Source: Mobula hypostoma
Lineage: Eukaryota
Assembly (NCBI RefSeq): GCF_963921235.1
Contig: NC_086108.1
Location: 101,558,001 to 101,622,000, forward strand
Length of the DNA: 64,000 nucleotides
Reading direction: 5' to 3'
Shown here: positions 1-12,119 of the stretch, piece by piece
Numbering within the stretch: position 1 is the first letter of the stretch
Layout: each line of letters begins with the position of its first letter
Made by a program: the position numbers and the translations under genes
Notes under the pieces: generated by a model
Database searches by the model: none
What the model was told of the DNA's origin: nothing
Seen by the model: only the letters and a program-made list of their open reading frames with translations

Positions 1-2907
1 CAGAGAATTCCACAGATTCACCACTCTCTGTGTGAAGAAGTTTTTCCTAATCTCGGTCCTAAAAGGCTTCCCCTCTATCCTCAAACTGTGACCCCTCGTT
101 CTGGACCTCCCCAACATCGGGAACAATCTTCCCGCATCTAGCCTGTCCAATCCCTTTAGGATCTTATACGTTTCAATCAGATCCCCCCTCAATCTTCTAA
201 ATTCCAACGAGTACAAGCCCAGTTCATCCAGTCTTTCTTCATATGAAAGACCTGCCATCCCAGGAATCAATCTGGTGAACCTTCTTTGTACTCCCTCTAT
301 GGCAAAGATGTCTTTCCTCAGATTAGGGGACCAAAACTGCACACAGTACTCCAGGTGTGGTCTCACCAAGGCCTTGTACAACTGCAGTAGTACCTCCCTG
401 CTCCTGTACTCGAATCCTCTCGCTATAAATGCCAGCATACCGTTCGCCTTTTTCACCGCCTGCTGTACCTGCATGCCCACTTTCAATGACTGGTGTATAA
501 TGACACCCAGGTCTCGTTGCACCTCCCCTTTTCCTAATCGGCCACCATTCAGATAATAATCTGTTTTCCTATTTTTGCCACCAAAGTGGATAACTTCACA
601 TTTATCCACATTAAATTGCATCTGCCATGAGTTTGCCCACTCACCCAACCTATCCAAGTCACCCTGCATCCTCTTAGCATCCTCCTCACTGCTAACACTG
701 CCACCCAGCTTCGTGTCATCCGCAAACTTGGAGATGCTGCATTTAATTCCCTCATCCAAGTCATTAATATATATTGTAAACAACTGGGGTCCCAGCACTG
801 AGCCTTGCGGTACCCCACTAGTCACCGCCTGCCATTCTGAAAAGGTCCCGTTTATTCCCACTCTTTGCTTCCTGTCTGCTAACCAATTCTCCACCCACAC
901 CAATACCTTACCCCCAATACCGTGTGCTTTAAGTTTGCACACTAATCTCCTGAGTGGGACCTTGTCAAAAGCCTTTTGAAAATCCAAATATACCACATCC
1001 ACTGGTTCTCCCCTATCCACTCTACTAGTTACATCCTCAAAAAATTCTATGAGATTCGTCAGACATGATTTTCCTTTCACAAATCCATGCTGACTTTGTC
1101 CGATCATTTCACCGCTTTCCAAATGTGCTGTTATCACATCCTTGATAACTGACTCCAGCAGTTTCCCCACCACCGACGTTAGGCTAACCGGCCTATAATT
1201 CCCCGGTTTCTCTCTCCCTCCTTTTTTAAAAAGTGGGGTTACATTAGCCACCCTCCAATCCTCAGGAACTAGTCCAGAATCTAACGAGTTTTGAAAAATT
1301 ATCACTAATGCATCCACTATTTCTTGGGCTACTTCCTTAAGCACTCTGGGATGCAGACCATCTGGCCCTGGGGATTTATCTGCCTTCAATCCCTTCAATT
1401 TACCTAACACCACTTCCCTACTAACATGTATTTCACTCAGTTCCTCCATCTCACTGGACCCTCTATCCCTTACTATTTCTGGAAGATTATTTATGTCCTC
1501 CTTAGTGAAGACAGAACCAAAGTAATTATTCAATTGGTCTGCCATGTCCTTGCTCCCCATAATCAATTCACCTGTTTCTGTCTGCAGGGGACCTACATTT
1601 GTCTTTATCAATCTTTTCCTTTTTACATATCTATAAAAGCTTTTACAGTCCGTTTTTATGTTCTCTGCCAGTTTTCTCTCATAATCTTTTTTCCCCTTCC
1701 TAATTAAGCCCTTTGTCCTCCTCTGCTGAACTCTGAATTTCTCCCAGTCCTCAGGTGAGCCACTTTCTCTGGCTAATTTGTATGCTACTTCTTTGGAATT
1801 GATACTATCCCTAATTTCTCTTGTCAGCCACGGGTGCACTACCTTCCTTGATTTATTCTTTTGCCAAACTGGGATGAACAATTGTTGTAGTTCATCCATG
1901 CAACCTTTAAATGCCTGCCATTGCATATCCACCGTCAATCCTTTAAGTGTCATTTGCCAGTCTATCTTAGCTAATTCACGACTCATACCTTCAAAGTTAC
2001 CCCTCTTTAAGTTCAGAACCTTTGTTTCTGAATTAACTATGTCACTCTCCATGTTAATGAAGAATTCCACCATATTATGGTCACTCTTACCCAAGGGGCC
2101 TCTCACGACAAGATCGCTAATTAACCCTTCCTCATTGCTCAAAACCCAGTCCAGAATAGCCTGCTCTCTAGTCGGTTCCTCGACATGTTGGTTCAAAAAA
2201 CCATCCCGCATACATTCCAAGAAATCCTCTTCCTCAGCACCTTTACCAATTTGGTTCACCCAGTCTACATGTAGATTGAAGTCACCCATTATAACTGCTG
2301 TTCCTTTATTGCACACATTTCTAATTTCCTGTTTAATACCATCTCCGACCTCACTACTACTGTTAGGTGGCCTGTACACAACTCCCACCAGCGTCTTCTG
2401 CCCCTTAGTGTTACGCAGCTCTACCCATATCGATTCCACATCTTCCCGGCTTATGTCCTTCCTTTCTATTGCGTTAATCTCTTTTTTAACCAGCAACGCC
2501 ACCCCACCTCCCCTTCCTTCATGTCTATCCCTCCTGAATATTGAATATCCCTGAATGTTGAGCTCCCATCCCTGGTCACCCTGGAGCCATGTCTCTGTGA
2601 TCCCAACTATATCATAATCATTAATAACAATCTGCACTTTCAATTCATCCACCTTATTACGAATGCTCCTTGCATTGACACATAAAGCCTTCAGGCGCTC
2701 TTTTACAACTCTCTTAGCCCTTTTTAATGCTTGCCCTGGATTTGTCGGCCTGCCACTTTTACTTTTCCCCTTTGTACTTTTTGCTTCTACGCTCACTTTA
2801 CACCCCTCTGTCTCTCTGCACTGGTTCCCATCCCTCTGTTGTGAACTAACCTCCTCACACCTAGCCTCTTTAATTTGATTCCCACCCCCCAACCATTCTA
2901 GTTTAAA
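1..2907 (-). CDS. CR1 ORF2p (APE endonuclease + reverse transcriptase), partial at window edge, no in-frame AUG before 2289
   Basis: Hand translation of 2907-2281 is open (LKALCVNARSIRNKVDEL, GITETWL, GGGVALLV, GVVYRPP, IMGDFN). The remainder mirrors the 798-aa ORF at 50275-52671 but was not checked codon by codon. Confidence 0.85.
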
Positions 2908-3833
2908 GTCACCTCAGTAGCCCCCGCTAATCTCCCTGCCAGGATATTGGTCCCCCTAGGATTTAAGTGTAACCCGTCCTTTTTGTACAGGTCACGCCTG
3001 CACCAATAGAGGTCCCAATGATCCAAAAACTTGAATCCCTGCCCCCTGCTCCAATCCCTCAGCCACGCATTTATCCTCCACCTCATCGCATTCCTACTCT
3101 CACTGTCGCGTGGCACAGGCAGTAATCCCGAGATTACTACCTTTGCGGTCCTTTTTCTCAACTCCCTTCCTAGCTCCCTATATTCTTCTTTCAGGACCTC
3201 ATCCCTTTTCCTACCTATGTCATTGGTACCTATATGTACCAGGACCTCTGGCTCTTCACCCTCCCACTTCAGGATATCTTGGACACGATCAGAAATATCC
3301 CGGACCCTGGCACCAGGGAGGCAAACTACCATCCGAGTCTCTGGACTGCGTCCACAGAATCGCCTATCTGACCCCCTTACTATCGAGTCCCCTATCACAA
3401 CTGCCCTCCTCTTCCTTGCCCTACCCTTCTGAGCTACAGGGCCAGACTTTGTGCCGGAGGCAGGGCCACTGTCGCTTCCCCTGGGTAAGCTGTCCCCTCC
3501 AACAGTACTCAAACAGGAGTACCTGTTGTTAAGGGGCACAGCCACCGGGGTACTCCCCATCACCTGCCTTTTCCCCTTCCCCCTCCTAACCGTGACCCAC
3601 TTGTCTGCCTCCCGTGGCCCCGGCGTGACCACCTGCCTTCCACTCCTCTCTATCACCTCCTCGCTCTCCCTGACCAGACGAAGGTCATCGAGCTGCAGCT
3701 CCAGTTCCATAACGCGGTCCCTTAGGAGCTGCATCTCGATGCACTTGGCGCAGATGTAGACGTCCGGGAGGCTTGGAGACTCCAGGGCCTCCCACATCCG
3801 ACACCGAGAACAGCAAACTGCCCTCACAGTCAT
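2898..3833 (-). CDS. CR1 ORF1p: CxxC-CxxC zinc finger, coiled coil, SGNH/GDSL esterase domain
   Basis: ATG at 3833 (MTVRAVCCSRC...CAKC); esterase blocks GDS, PGA, GTND, DGLH all present. Confidence 0.9.
   Translation of the reverse strand: MTVRAVCCSRCRMWEALESPSLPDVYICAKCIEMQLLRDRVMELELQLDDLRLVRESEEVIERSGRQVVTPGPREADKWVTVRRGKGKRQVMGSTPVAVPLNNRYSCLSTVGGDSLPRGSDSGPASGTKSGPVAQKGRARKRRAVVIGDSIVRGSDRRFCGRSPETRMVVCLPGARVRDISDRVQDILKWEGEEPEVLVHIGTNDIGRKRDEVLKEEYRELGRELRKRTAKVVISGLLPVPRDSESRNAMRWRINAWLRDWSRGQGFKFLDHWDLYWCRRDLYKKDGLHLNPRGTNILAGRLAGATEVTLN
2901..2907 (-). promoter_or_regulatory. Candidate -1 ribosomal frameshift slippery site T_TTA_AAC at the CR1 ORF1/ORF2 junction
   Basis: ORF1 ends acT TTA AAC TAG; the -1 frame TTT AAA CTA GAA TGG is the ORF2 frame. 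Confidence 0.7.
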
Positions 3834-4673
3834 AATGCCCCTCTCCTCAAATAGCAACAGAAAATGAATGTCAAACCTTCCTCGCCTTGCCCGCTTCCGC
3901 CTAAGCCCGGTGAGCCGAAGCCCTTAAGTCTTCACTCTGCTCCCGGCTCACTCCGCAGCCCGCAAACTACGCTGCCCGCTCTATGAGGCTCTGTTCCTTT
4001 TAAATCTGCCGCGCTGCACTGCCCGACGTCACACGCCTGCGCAGTCCCGCCTCTCAGAAAGCCGTTGGAGAAAAAAAATAACGAAAATTTCAAAAATCTC
4101 TTTCTCGGCACTCCCACTCAGACTCTCAGACTCCTTCTTCGAATCAAATCATTAAACAAAAATGTGGGGGCTCTATGGAGGTTATAAGGTAAATGTGCAA
4201 TGCTGAGCACACCACCCCTCTTCACCATATCATGACATCCCCAAAATGAGGAATAGAAATTAGTCTCATTGACCTGGGACAGAAATCTTGCAGCAATTTT
4301 TTTTTCTTATTCTGTTTAGATCTGACACAATACTTACCTCAGTGCAAATGATGAGCTTCACCTGAGCGGAAACTCTTTCACTGAAATTACACCATTTCTT
4401 GACAAAGCTGAAAACTTCCAAAGCATGTGAGGACATCAGTCTAGCCTTAACTTGATTGTTTGGCAGGCCCATGGGCAAGTTCTGGCCTCAGGAGACGAAT
4501 TTACTGACTTGGCAATCAACATGTTAAGATCATTAAACCCAACTCATGTCATAAGTGCCTGCATTACGATCTTTCATATACTTTGGAAAGGAATCTACAT
4601 TTTGATATATCTGTTTTTTTATGTCCAATTGAACTGCACTTTCCTACTTACAGGGAGAATAAATGTATCCTAC

Positions 4674-4935
4674 CTAAGCCATCATCAGAAAGCACATGTT
4701 CAATCGGAGGCCCGCTGGGACGTTCAATAATAGCTGTCACGTTCGCATATAGGATTGGTAGAAATCCATGACTGACTTCCACATTAATAATTATTGGACT
4801 GGTGGAATCCTTTCTGTTGATGTACCCCTTAACTATGATTGGTGGAACTGCTGAATCTGCTGCTCGGGATGTTACTGTGATTGTTATAACCTGTTTGCCT
4901 CCAGGATTCAGGATGCTGTAGATCCATGTTCCAAT
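4674..4935 (-). CDS. CLCA: CLCA coding exon 11
   Basis: IGTWIYSIL...TITVTSRAADSAVPPI...VSHGFLPILYANVTAIIE...LSDDGL; 262 nt; donor GTAGG. Confidence 0.94.
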
Positions 4936-5089
4936 CTGCAAAGAAAAGGTCAAAGTTATACTTACACATAAGGGCTTCCTCCATAACTTGATCTACTCCG
5001 CATTCTGTTAAAATGTATTTAATGTTTTACTTATTTAGAGGTACAGCATAGTAACATGCCCATCTGGCCCGTGACCCTGCACCACCAAT

Positions 5090-5166
5090 TACGTCTGTGA
5101 AATGTGGGAGGAAACCAGAGCACCTGGATGAAACCCACACTGTCATGGTGGGAATGTATAAACTCC
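5090..5166 (-). repeat. V-SINE core fragment
   Basis: tgtgggaggaaaccagagcacctggatgaaacccac matches the reverse complement of the V-SINE central domain as I recall it. Confidence 0.6.
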
Positions 5167-5214
5167 TTTCAATTTCCTGTCTATTGCAACTGAACTGATC
5201 TCATCGGTATTTCT

Positions 5215-8200
5215 TCGCCGGTTTGATTGGGGCATGACTGCGCAAGTGTGTGGAGGTCAGCCAGTGAGAACGGTGAGAAGGGTTTAAAAAGGAGACAGTT
5301 TTACAGAGTGGGCATCAGAGGAGCGGGTGACGGACTAGAGGGAGACAGAGAAGGAAGGCTTTGGCTCAACGAGGCTTAGACATTAACGGATCGAGGCAAG
5401 GTTATCTGTGCAGAATACAGACAGAAAGTATGTGTGAGAGGCCAGTTTTCTGAGCTCAGTGTCAGATGTGGGAGGTCCTGGAGACTCCCAGCCTCCTGGA
5501 CAGCCACATCTGCGTCAGGTGTATTGAGCTGCAGCTCCTTAGGGACAGCATTAGGGAACTGGAAATGCAGCTCGATTACCATTGTCTGGTCGGGGAGAGT
5601 GAGGAGGTGAAAGAGAGCAGCTATAGGCAGGTAGTCACACCGGGGCCTTGGGAGACAGAGAAGTGGGTAACAGTCAGGAGAGGGAAGGGGAAAAGGCAAA
5701 TGCTAGAGTACCCCAGTGGCTGTCCCCCTTAACAAAAAGTACTCCTGTTTGAGTACCGTTGGGGGAGATGGCCTACCTGGGGGAAGCAACAGTGGCCCCG
5801 CCTCTGGCACAGAGTCTGGCCCTATGGCTCAGAAGGGTAGAGAAAGGAAGAGGATGGCAGCAGTGATAGGGAACCCAGGTGCCAGGGACCGAGATGTTTC
5901 TGATCGCGTCCACGATATCCTGAGTGGGAAGGAGAACAGCCAGAGGTTGTGGTACATATTGGTACCAATGACATAGGTAGGAAAAAGGGAGAAGGTCCTT
6001 AAAACACACCACAGAGAGTTAGAAAGGAAGTTAAGAAGCAGGACCTCAGAGGAAGTAATCTCGAGATTACTGCCTGTGCCACATGACAGTGAGAAAAGGA
6101 ATAAAATGAGGTGCAGGATAAATGCATGGCTGAGAGATTGGAGCAGAGGGCAGGGATTCATATTTAATAGAACATAGAACATAGAATAGTACAGCACAGT
6201 ACAGGCCCTTCGGCCCACAATGTTGTGCCAACCCTCAAACCCTGCCTCCCATATAAGCCCCCACCTTAAATTCCTCCATATACCTGTCTAGTAGTCTCTT
6301 AAACTTCACTAGTGTATCTGCCTCCACCACTAACTCAGGCAGTGCATTCCACGCACCAACCACTCTCTGAGTAAAAAACCTTCCTCTAATATCCCCCTTG
6401 AACTTCCCACCCCTTACCTTAAAGCCATTTCCTCTTGTATTGAGCAGTGGTGCCCTGGGGAGGAGGCGCTGGCTATCCACTCTATCTATTCCTCTTATTA
6501 TCTTGTACACCTCTATCATGTCTCCTCTCATCCTCCTTCTCTCCAAAGAGTAAAGCCCTACCTCCCTTAATCTCTGATTATAATGCATACTTTCTAAACC
6601 AGGCAGCATCCTGGTAAATCTCCTCTGTACCCTTTCCAATGCTTCAACATCCTTCCTATAGTGAGGTGACCAGAACTGGACACAGTACTCCAAGTGTGGC
6701 CTAACCAGAGTTTTATAGAGCTGCATCATTAAATCGCGACTCTTAAACTCTATCCCTCGACTTATGAAAGCTAACACCCCATAAGCTTTCTTAACTACCC
6801 TATCCAGCTGTGAGGCAACTTTCAGGGATCTGTGGACATGTACCCCAAGATCCCTCTGCTCCTCCACACTACCAAGTATCCTGCCATTTACTTTGTACTC
6901 TGCCTTGGAGTTTGTCCTTCCAAAGTGTACCACCTCACACTTCTCCAGGTTGAACTCCATCTGCCACTTCTCAGCCCACTCTTGCATCCTATCAATGTCT
7001 CTCTGCAATCTTTGACAATCCTCTACAATATATACAACACCACCAACCTTTGTGTCATCTGCAAACTTGCCAACCCACCCTTCTACCCCAACATCCAGGT
7101 CATTAATAAAAATCACGAAAAGTAGAGGTCCCAGAACAGATCCTTGTGGGACATCACTAGTCACAATCCTCCAATCTGAATGTACTCCCTCCACCACCAC
7201 CCTCTGCCTTCTGCAGGCAAGCTAATTCTGAATCCACCTGGCCAAACTTCCCTGGGTCCCATGCCTTCCAACTTTCTAAATAAGCCTACAGTGTGAAACC
7301 TTGTCAAATGCCTTACTAAAATCCATATAGATCACATCCACTGCACTACCCTCATCTATATGCCTGGTCACCTACTCAAAGAACTCTATCAGGCTTGTTA
7401 GACACGATCTGCCCTTCACAAAGCCATGCTGACTGTCTCTGATTCAGACCATGATTCTCTAAATGCCTATAGATCCTATCTCTAAGAATCTTTTCCAACA
7501 ACTTTCCCACCACAGACGTAAGGCTCACTGGTCTATAATTACCCGGACTATCCCTACTATCATTTTGAACAAGGGGACAACATTCGCCTCCCTCCAATCC
7601 TCCGGTACCATTCCGGTGGACAACGAGAACATAAAGATCCTAGCCAGAGGCTCAGCAATCTCTTCTCTCGCCTTGTGGAGCAGCCTGGGGTATATTCCGT
7701 CAGGCCCTGGGGACTTATCTGTCCTAATGTATTTTAACAACTCCAACACCTCCTCTCCCTTAATATCAACATGCTCCAGAACATCAACCTCACTCATATT
7801 GTCCTCACCATCATCAAGTTCCCTCTCACTGGTGAATACCGAACAGAAGTATTCATTGAGGACCTCACTCACTTCCACAGCCTCCAGGCACATCTTCCCA
7901 CCTTTATCTCTAATCGGTCTTACCTTCACTCCTGTCATCCTTTTTTTCTTCACATAATTGAAGAATGCCTTGGGGTTTTCTTTACCCTACTCGCCAAAGC
8001 TTTCTCATGCCCCCTTCTTGCTCTTCTCAGCCCCTTCTTAAGCTCCTTTCTTGCTTCCCTATATTCCTCAATACACCCATCTGATCCTTGCTTCCTAAAC
8101 CTCATGTATGCTGCCTTCTTCCACCTGACTAGATTTTCCACCTCACTTGTCACCCATGGTTCCTTCACCCTACCATTCTTTATCTTCCTCACCGGGACAA

Positions 8201-11200
8201 ATTTATCCCTAACATCTGGATCATTGGGACCTCTTGTGGGGCAGGTGGGACTTGAATCCCAAGGGGACCAATAGCCTGGCGGGGAGGTTTGCAAAGGCTA
8301 TTGGGGAGAGTTTAAACCAGAATTGCTGGGGGGTGGGAACTGAACTTAAGTGACAGAGGTAGGGGCGGTTGGCTCACAAATAGAGGAAGCTTGGAGACAG
8401 TCTGAAAGGGAAGATAGGCAGGTAATAGAGAAGGGACGCGCTCAGAGCGATGGTTTGAGATGTGTCTATTTTAACGCGAAGAGTATTATGAATAAAGTGG
8501 ATGAGCTTAGAGCGTGGATCAGCACTTGGAGCTATGATGTTGTGGCCATTAGAGAGACTTGGATGGTTCAGGGTTAGGAATGGTTACTTAGAGTGCCAGG
8601 CTTTAGATGTTTCAGAAAGGACAGGGAGGAGGGCAGAAGAGATGGGGGTATGGCATTGCTGATCAGAGATGTTGTCATGGCTGCAGAAAAGGAGGAAGTC
8701 ATGGAGGGGTTGTCTACGGAGTCTCTGTGGGTGGAAGTTAGGAACAGGAAGGGGTCAATAACTCTACTGAGTGTTTCTTATAGACCACCCAATAGTAATA
8801 GCGACATCGAGGAGCAGATAGGGAGACAGATTCTGGACAGGGTTCTTGTGGTAGGGGATTTTAATTTCCCAAATATTGATTGGCATCTCCTCAGAGTGAG
8901 GGGTTTAGATGGGGTGGAGTTTGTTAGGTGTGTACAGGAAGGTTTCTTGACACAATATGTAGATAAGCCTACAAGAGGAGAGGCTGTACTTGATCTGGTT
9001 TTGGGAAATGAACCTGGCAGGTGTCAGGTCTCTCAGTGGGAGACCATTTTGGAGATAGTGATCACAATTGTATCTCCTTTACCATAGTAGTGGATAGGGA
9101 TAGGAACAGATAAGTTAGGGAAACGTTTAATTGGAATAAGGGGAAATAGAGACCATCAGGCATGAACTTGGAAGCATAAATTGGAAACAGATGTTCTCAA
9201 GGAAATGCACAGAAGAAATGTGGCAAATGTTCAGGGGATATTTGCATGGGGTTCTGCATAGGTACGTTCCAATGAGACAGAGAAAAAATAGTAGGGTATG
9301 GGAACCATGGTGTACAAAGGCTGTTGTAAATCTAGTCAAGAAGAAAAGAAAAGCTTACAAAAGGTTCAAAAAACTAGGTAATGATAGAGATCTAGAAGAT
9401 TATAAGGCTAGCAGGAAGGAGTTTAAAAATGAAATTAGGAGAGCCAGAAGGGGCCATGGGAAGGCCTTGGCAGACAGGATTAAGGACAACCCTAAGGCAT
9501 TCTACAAGTATGTGAAGAGCAAGATAAGATGTGAGAGAATAGGACCAATCAAGTGTGTCAGTGGAAAAATGTATAGAACCGGAGGAGAGAGCAGAGATAC
9601 TTAATGAATACTTTGCCTCAGTATTCATTACAGAAAAAGATCTTGGTAATTATCGGAGTGACTTAGAGTAGACTGAAAAGCTTGAGCATGTAGATATTAA
9701 GGAAGATGATGTGCTGGAGCTTTTAGAAAGCATCAAGTTGGATAAGTCACCGAGACTGGATGGGATGTACTCCAGTCTACTGTGGGAAGCGAGGGTGCAG
9801 ATTGCTGAGCCTCTGGCAATGATCTTTGCATCATCAATGAGGACAGGAGAGGTTCTTGAGGATTGGAGGGTTGCGAATGTTGTTCCCTTATTCAAGAAAG
9901 GGAATAGAGATAGCCCAGGAAGTTATAGACCAGTGAGTTTTAATTCAGTGGTTGGTAAGTTGATGGAAAAGATCCTGAGAGGCAGGATTTATGAACAATT
10001 GGAGAGGCATAATATGATTAGGAATAGTCAGCATGGCCTTGTCAAAGGCAGGTCATGCCTTACGATCCTGATTGAATTTTTTGAGGATGTGACTAAATAC
10101 ATTGATGAAGGTAGAGCAGTAGATGTAGTGTATATGGATTTCAGCAAGGCATTTGATAAGGTACCCCTTGCAAGGCTTATTGAGAAAGTAAGGAGGCATG
10201 GGATCCAAGGGGACATTGCTTTGTGGATCTGGAACTGGTTTGCCCACAGGAGGCAAAGAGTGGTTGTAGATGGGTCATATTCTGCATGGAGGCCAGTGAC
10301 CAGTGGTGTGCCTCAGGGATCCGTTCTGGGACCCCTACTCTTTGTGATTTTTATCAATGACCTGGATGAGGAAGTAGAGTGATGAGTTAGTAAATTTGCT
10401 GATGACAGAAAGGTTGGAGGCATTGTGAATAGCGTGGAGGGCTGTCAGAGGTTACAATGGGACATAGATAGGAAGCAAAACTGGGCTGAGCAGTGGTAGA
10501 TGGAGTTCAACCCAGATAAGTGTGAAGTGGTTCATTTTGGTGGGTCAAATATGATGGCAGAATATAGCATTAATGGTAAGACTCTTGACAGTGTGGAGGA
10601 TTAGAGGGATCTTGGGGTCTGAGTCCATAGGACACTCAAAGCCGCTACACAGGTTGACTCTGTGGTTAAGAAGGCATATGGTGCATTGGCCTTCATCATT
10701 CGTGGGATTGAGTTTAGGAGCCGAAAGGTAATGTTGCGGCTGTATAGGACCCTGGTCAGACCCCACTGGGAGTACTGTGCTTAGTTCTGGTCGCCTCACT
10801 ACTGGAAGGATGTGGAAATCATAGAAAGGGTGCAGAGGAGATCTACAAGGATGTTGCCAGAATTAAGGAACATGCCTTATGAGAATAGGTTGAGTGAACT
10901 TGGCCTTTTCTCCTTGGAGCAACGGAGGATGAGAGGTGACCTTATTGAGGTGTACAAGACGATTAGAGGCATTGATCGTGTGGATAGTCAGAGGCTTTTT
11001 CCCAGGGCTGAAAGGGCCAGCACGAGAGGGCATGGTTTTAAGGTGCCTGGAAGTAGCTACAGAGGAGATGTCAGGGGTAAGTTTTTTTTATGCAGAGAGT
11101 GGTGATGGCGTAGAGTGGTCTGCTTGTAGCGGCGGAGGAGGCAGAAATGATAGGGTCTTTAAGAGACTGCTGGATAGGTACAAGGAGCTTAGAAAAATAG

Positions 11201-11310
11201 AGGGCTATGTGTAACCCCAGGTAATTTCTAATGTAAGGACAAGTTTGGCACAGCTTTTTGGACGAAGGGCCTGTATTATGCTGTAAGTTTTCTATGTTTC
11301 TTTGTTTCTA
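5215..11310 (+). mobile_element. CR1 LINE copy D, full-length but decayed, interrupted by a nested CR1 at 6166-8215
   Basis: ORF1 remnants 5430-6165 and 8216-8320; APE/RT remnants in ORFs 8350, 8593, 9191, 9711, 10812; TTTCTATG-like tail near 11290-11310. Confidence 0.9.
6166..8215 (-). mobile_element. 5'-truncated CR1 (family F) nested in ORF1 of copy D
   Basis: RT ORF 6235-7200 ([12 protein letters not shown]); (GTTCTAT)n tail at 6166-6186; host sequence cagggattcatattt / ctggatcattgggac rejoins across it. Confidence 0.92.
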
Positions 11311-11325
11311 TCTTAGACACTAAAT

Positions 11326-11600
11326 GGGCAGCATGGTAATGTAGTGGTTAACACAACGCTTTACAGTACCAGTGAACCAGTTTCAATTCCTGGGGCTGTC
11401 TGTAAGGGGTTTGTTTGTTCTCCCCGTGACCAAGTGGGTTACCTGCAGCTGCTCTGGTCCCCTCCAAATATTCAAAGACCATACTATACCGGTTGGTAGC
11501 TAATTGGTCATTGTAAATTGTCCTGTGCTTAAGCCAGGGTCAAACCTGGGTTTTCTGGGCAACGTGGCTCGAAGGACTGAAAGCATCTCTTCTGTGCTGT
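11326..11600 (+). mobile_element. tRNA-derived V-SINE (HE1-like), decayed
   Basis: A-box-like ggtaatgtagtggtt, B-box-like gtttcaattcc, then the V-domain gttctccccgtgacc...gtgggtt. Confidence 0.7.
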
Positions 11601-12119
11601 AAGTAAATTTAGTCATTTTTTCTGTGTTAGAAGGAATGGTTAGAAAACTAACTATTTCCAGTAAAACTAACCAATCTTACTGGAAATATTTCTCGTGAAC
11701 TCCAAATGCCTTCATAGCTGAAGTCCCATGACTGTCATTTACTTGGAAGGGTATTTTATGTGCAACCGAGAGGAAACTGCCAAGTTTCCGCTAGCCTACA
11801 ATGCTTGTCCTTTTTGGTGATAGAGATTGAGCCTTGCCCATATTGTATGGGAAGTATCTTCAGTATATCATGTAGATGGTTACATAGTTTCTCTTTAGTG
11901 CATCAGTCTGGGAGGGAGTCGGTGATGCAGTAGCAGATATAAAGAAACGGCAGTGAGGGACTCAAAGATCCACCATTTTATGGACTCAATGTTGCAGGGT
12001 GTCCATAGTTTCTGCAATAGAAAACTCTAGAAAAACTCAAAGGTTAGATGGTATCTGTGGAAGGAAAACAATTAACAAGAAAGGGCTTATCCCAAAGGGT
12101 TCTTTTATCTTAAGCTCGC

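Larger units (their letters stand above)
1..4140 (-). mobile_element. CR1 LINE copy A, apparently full-length and young (5'UTR, ORF1, ORF2 running off the window), in CLCA intron 11
   Basis: CpG-rich 5'UTR about 3834-4140; intact ORF1; APE plus RT in ORF2; colinear with copy B at constant offset (coordinate sums of 52564 for five shared ORF landmarks). Confidence 0.93.

Noticed and set aside
2870..2896. AUG just after the ORF1 stop (TAGAATG) as a reinitiation start for ORF2
   Set aside because: Out of frame with ORF2; it gives an 8-codon ORF in copies A and C and is absent in D and E
275..3759. Plus-strand ORFs up to 258 aa over copy A, and their mirrors at 50244-52694
   Set aside because: Antisense shadows of CR1 ORF1/ORF2 with no independent protein features
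4141..4673. Search for CLCA exon 12 (GAD...DGxYSRYF-like)
   Set aside because: Not found; it is expected beyond the left edge, past CR1 copy A
11326..11400. tRNA-like A and B boxes
   Set aside because: Head of a decayed SINE; no cloverleaf, so not a tRNA gene
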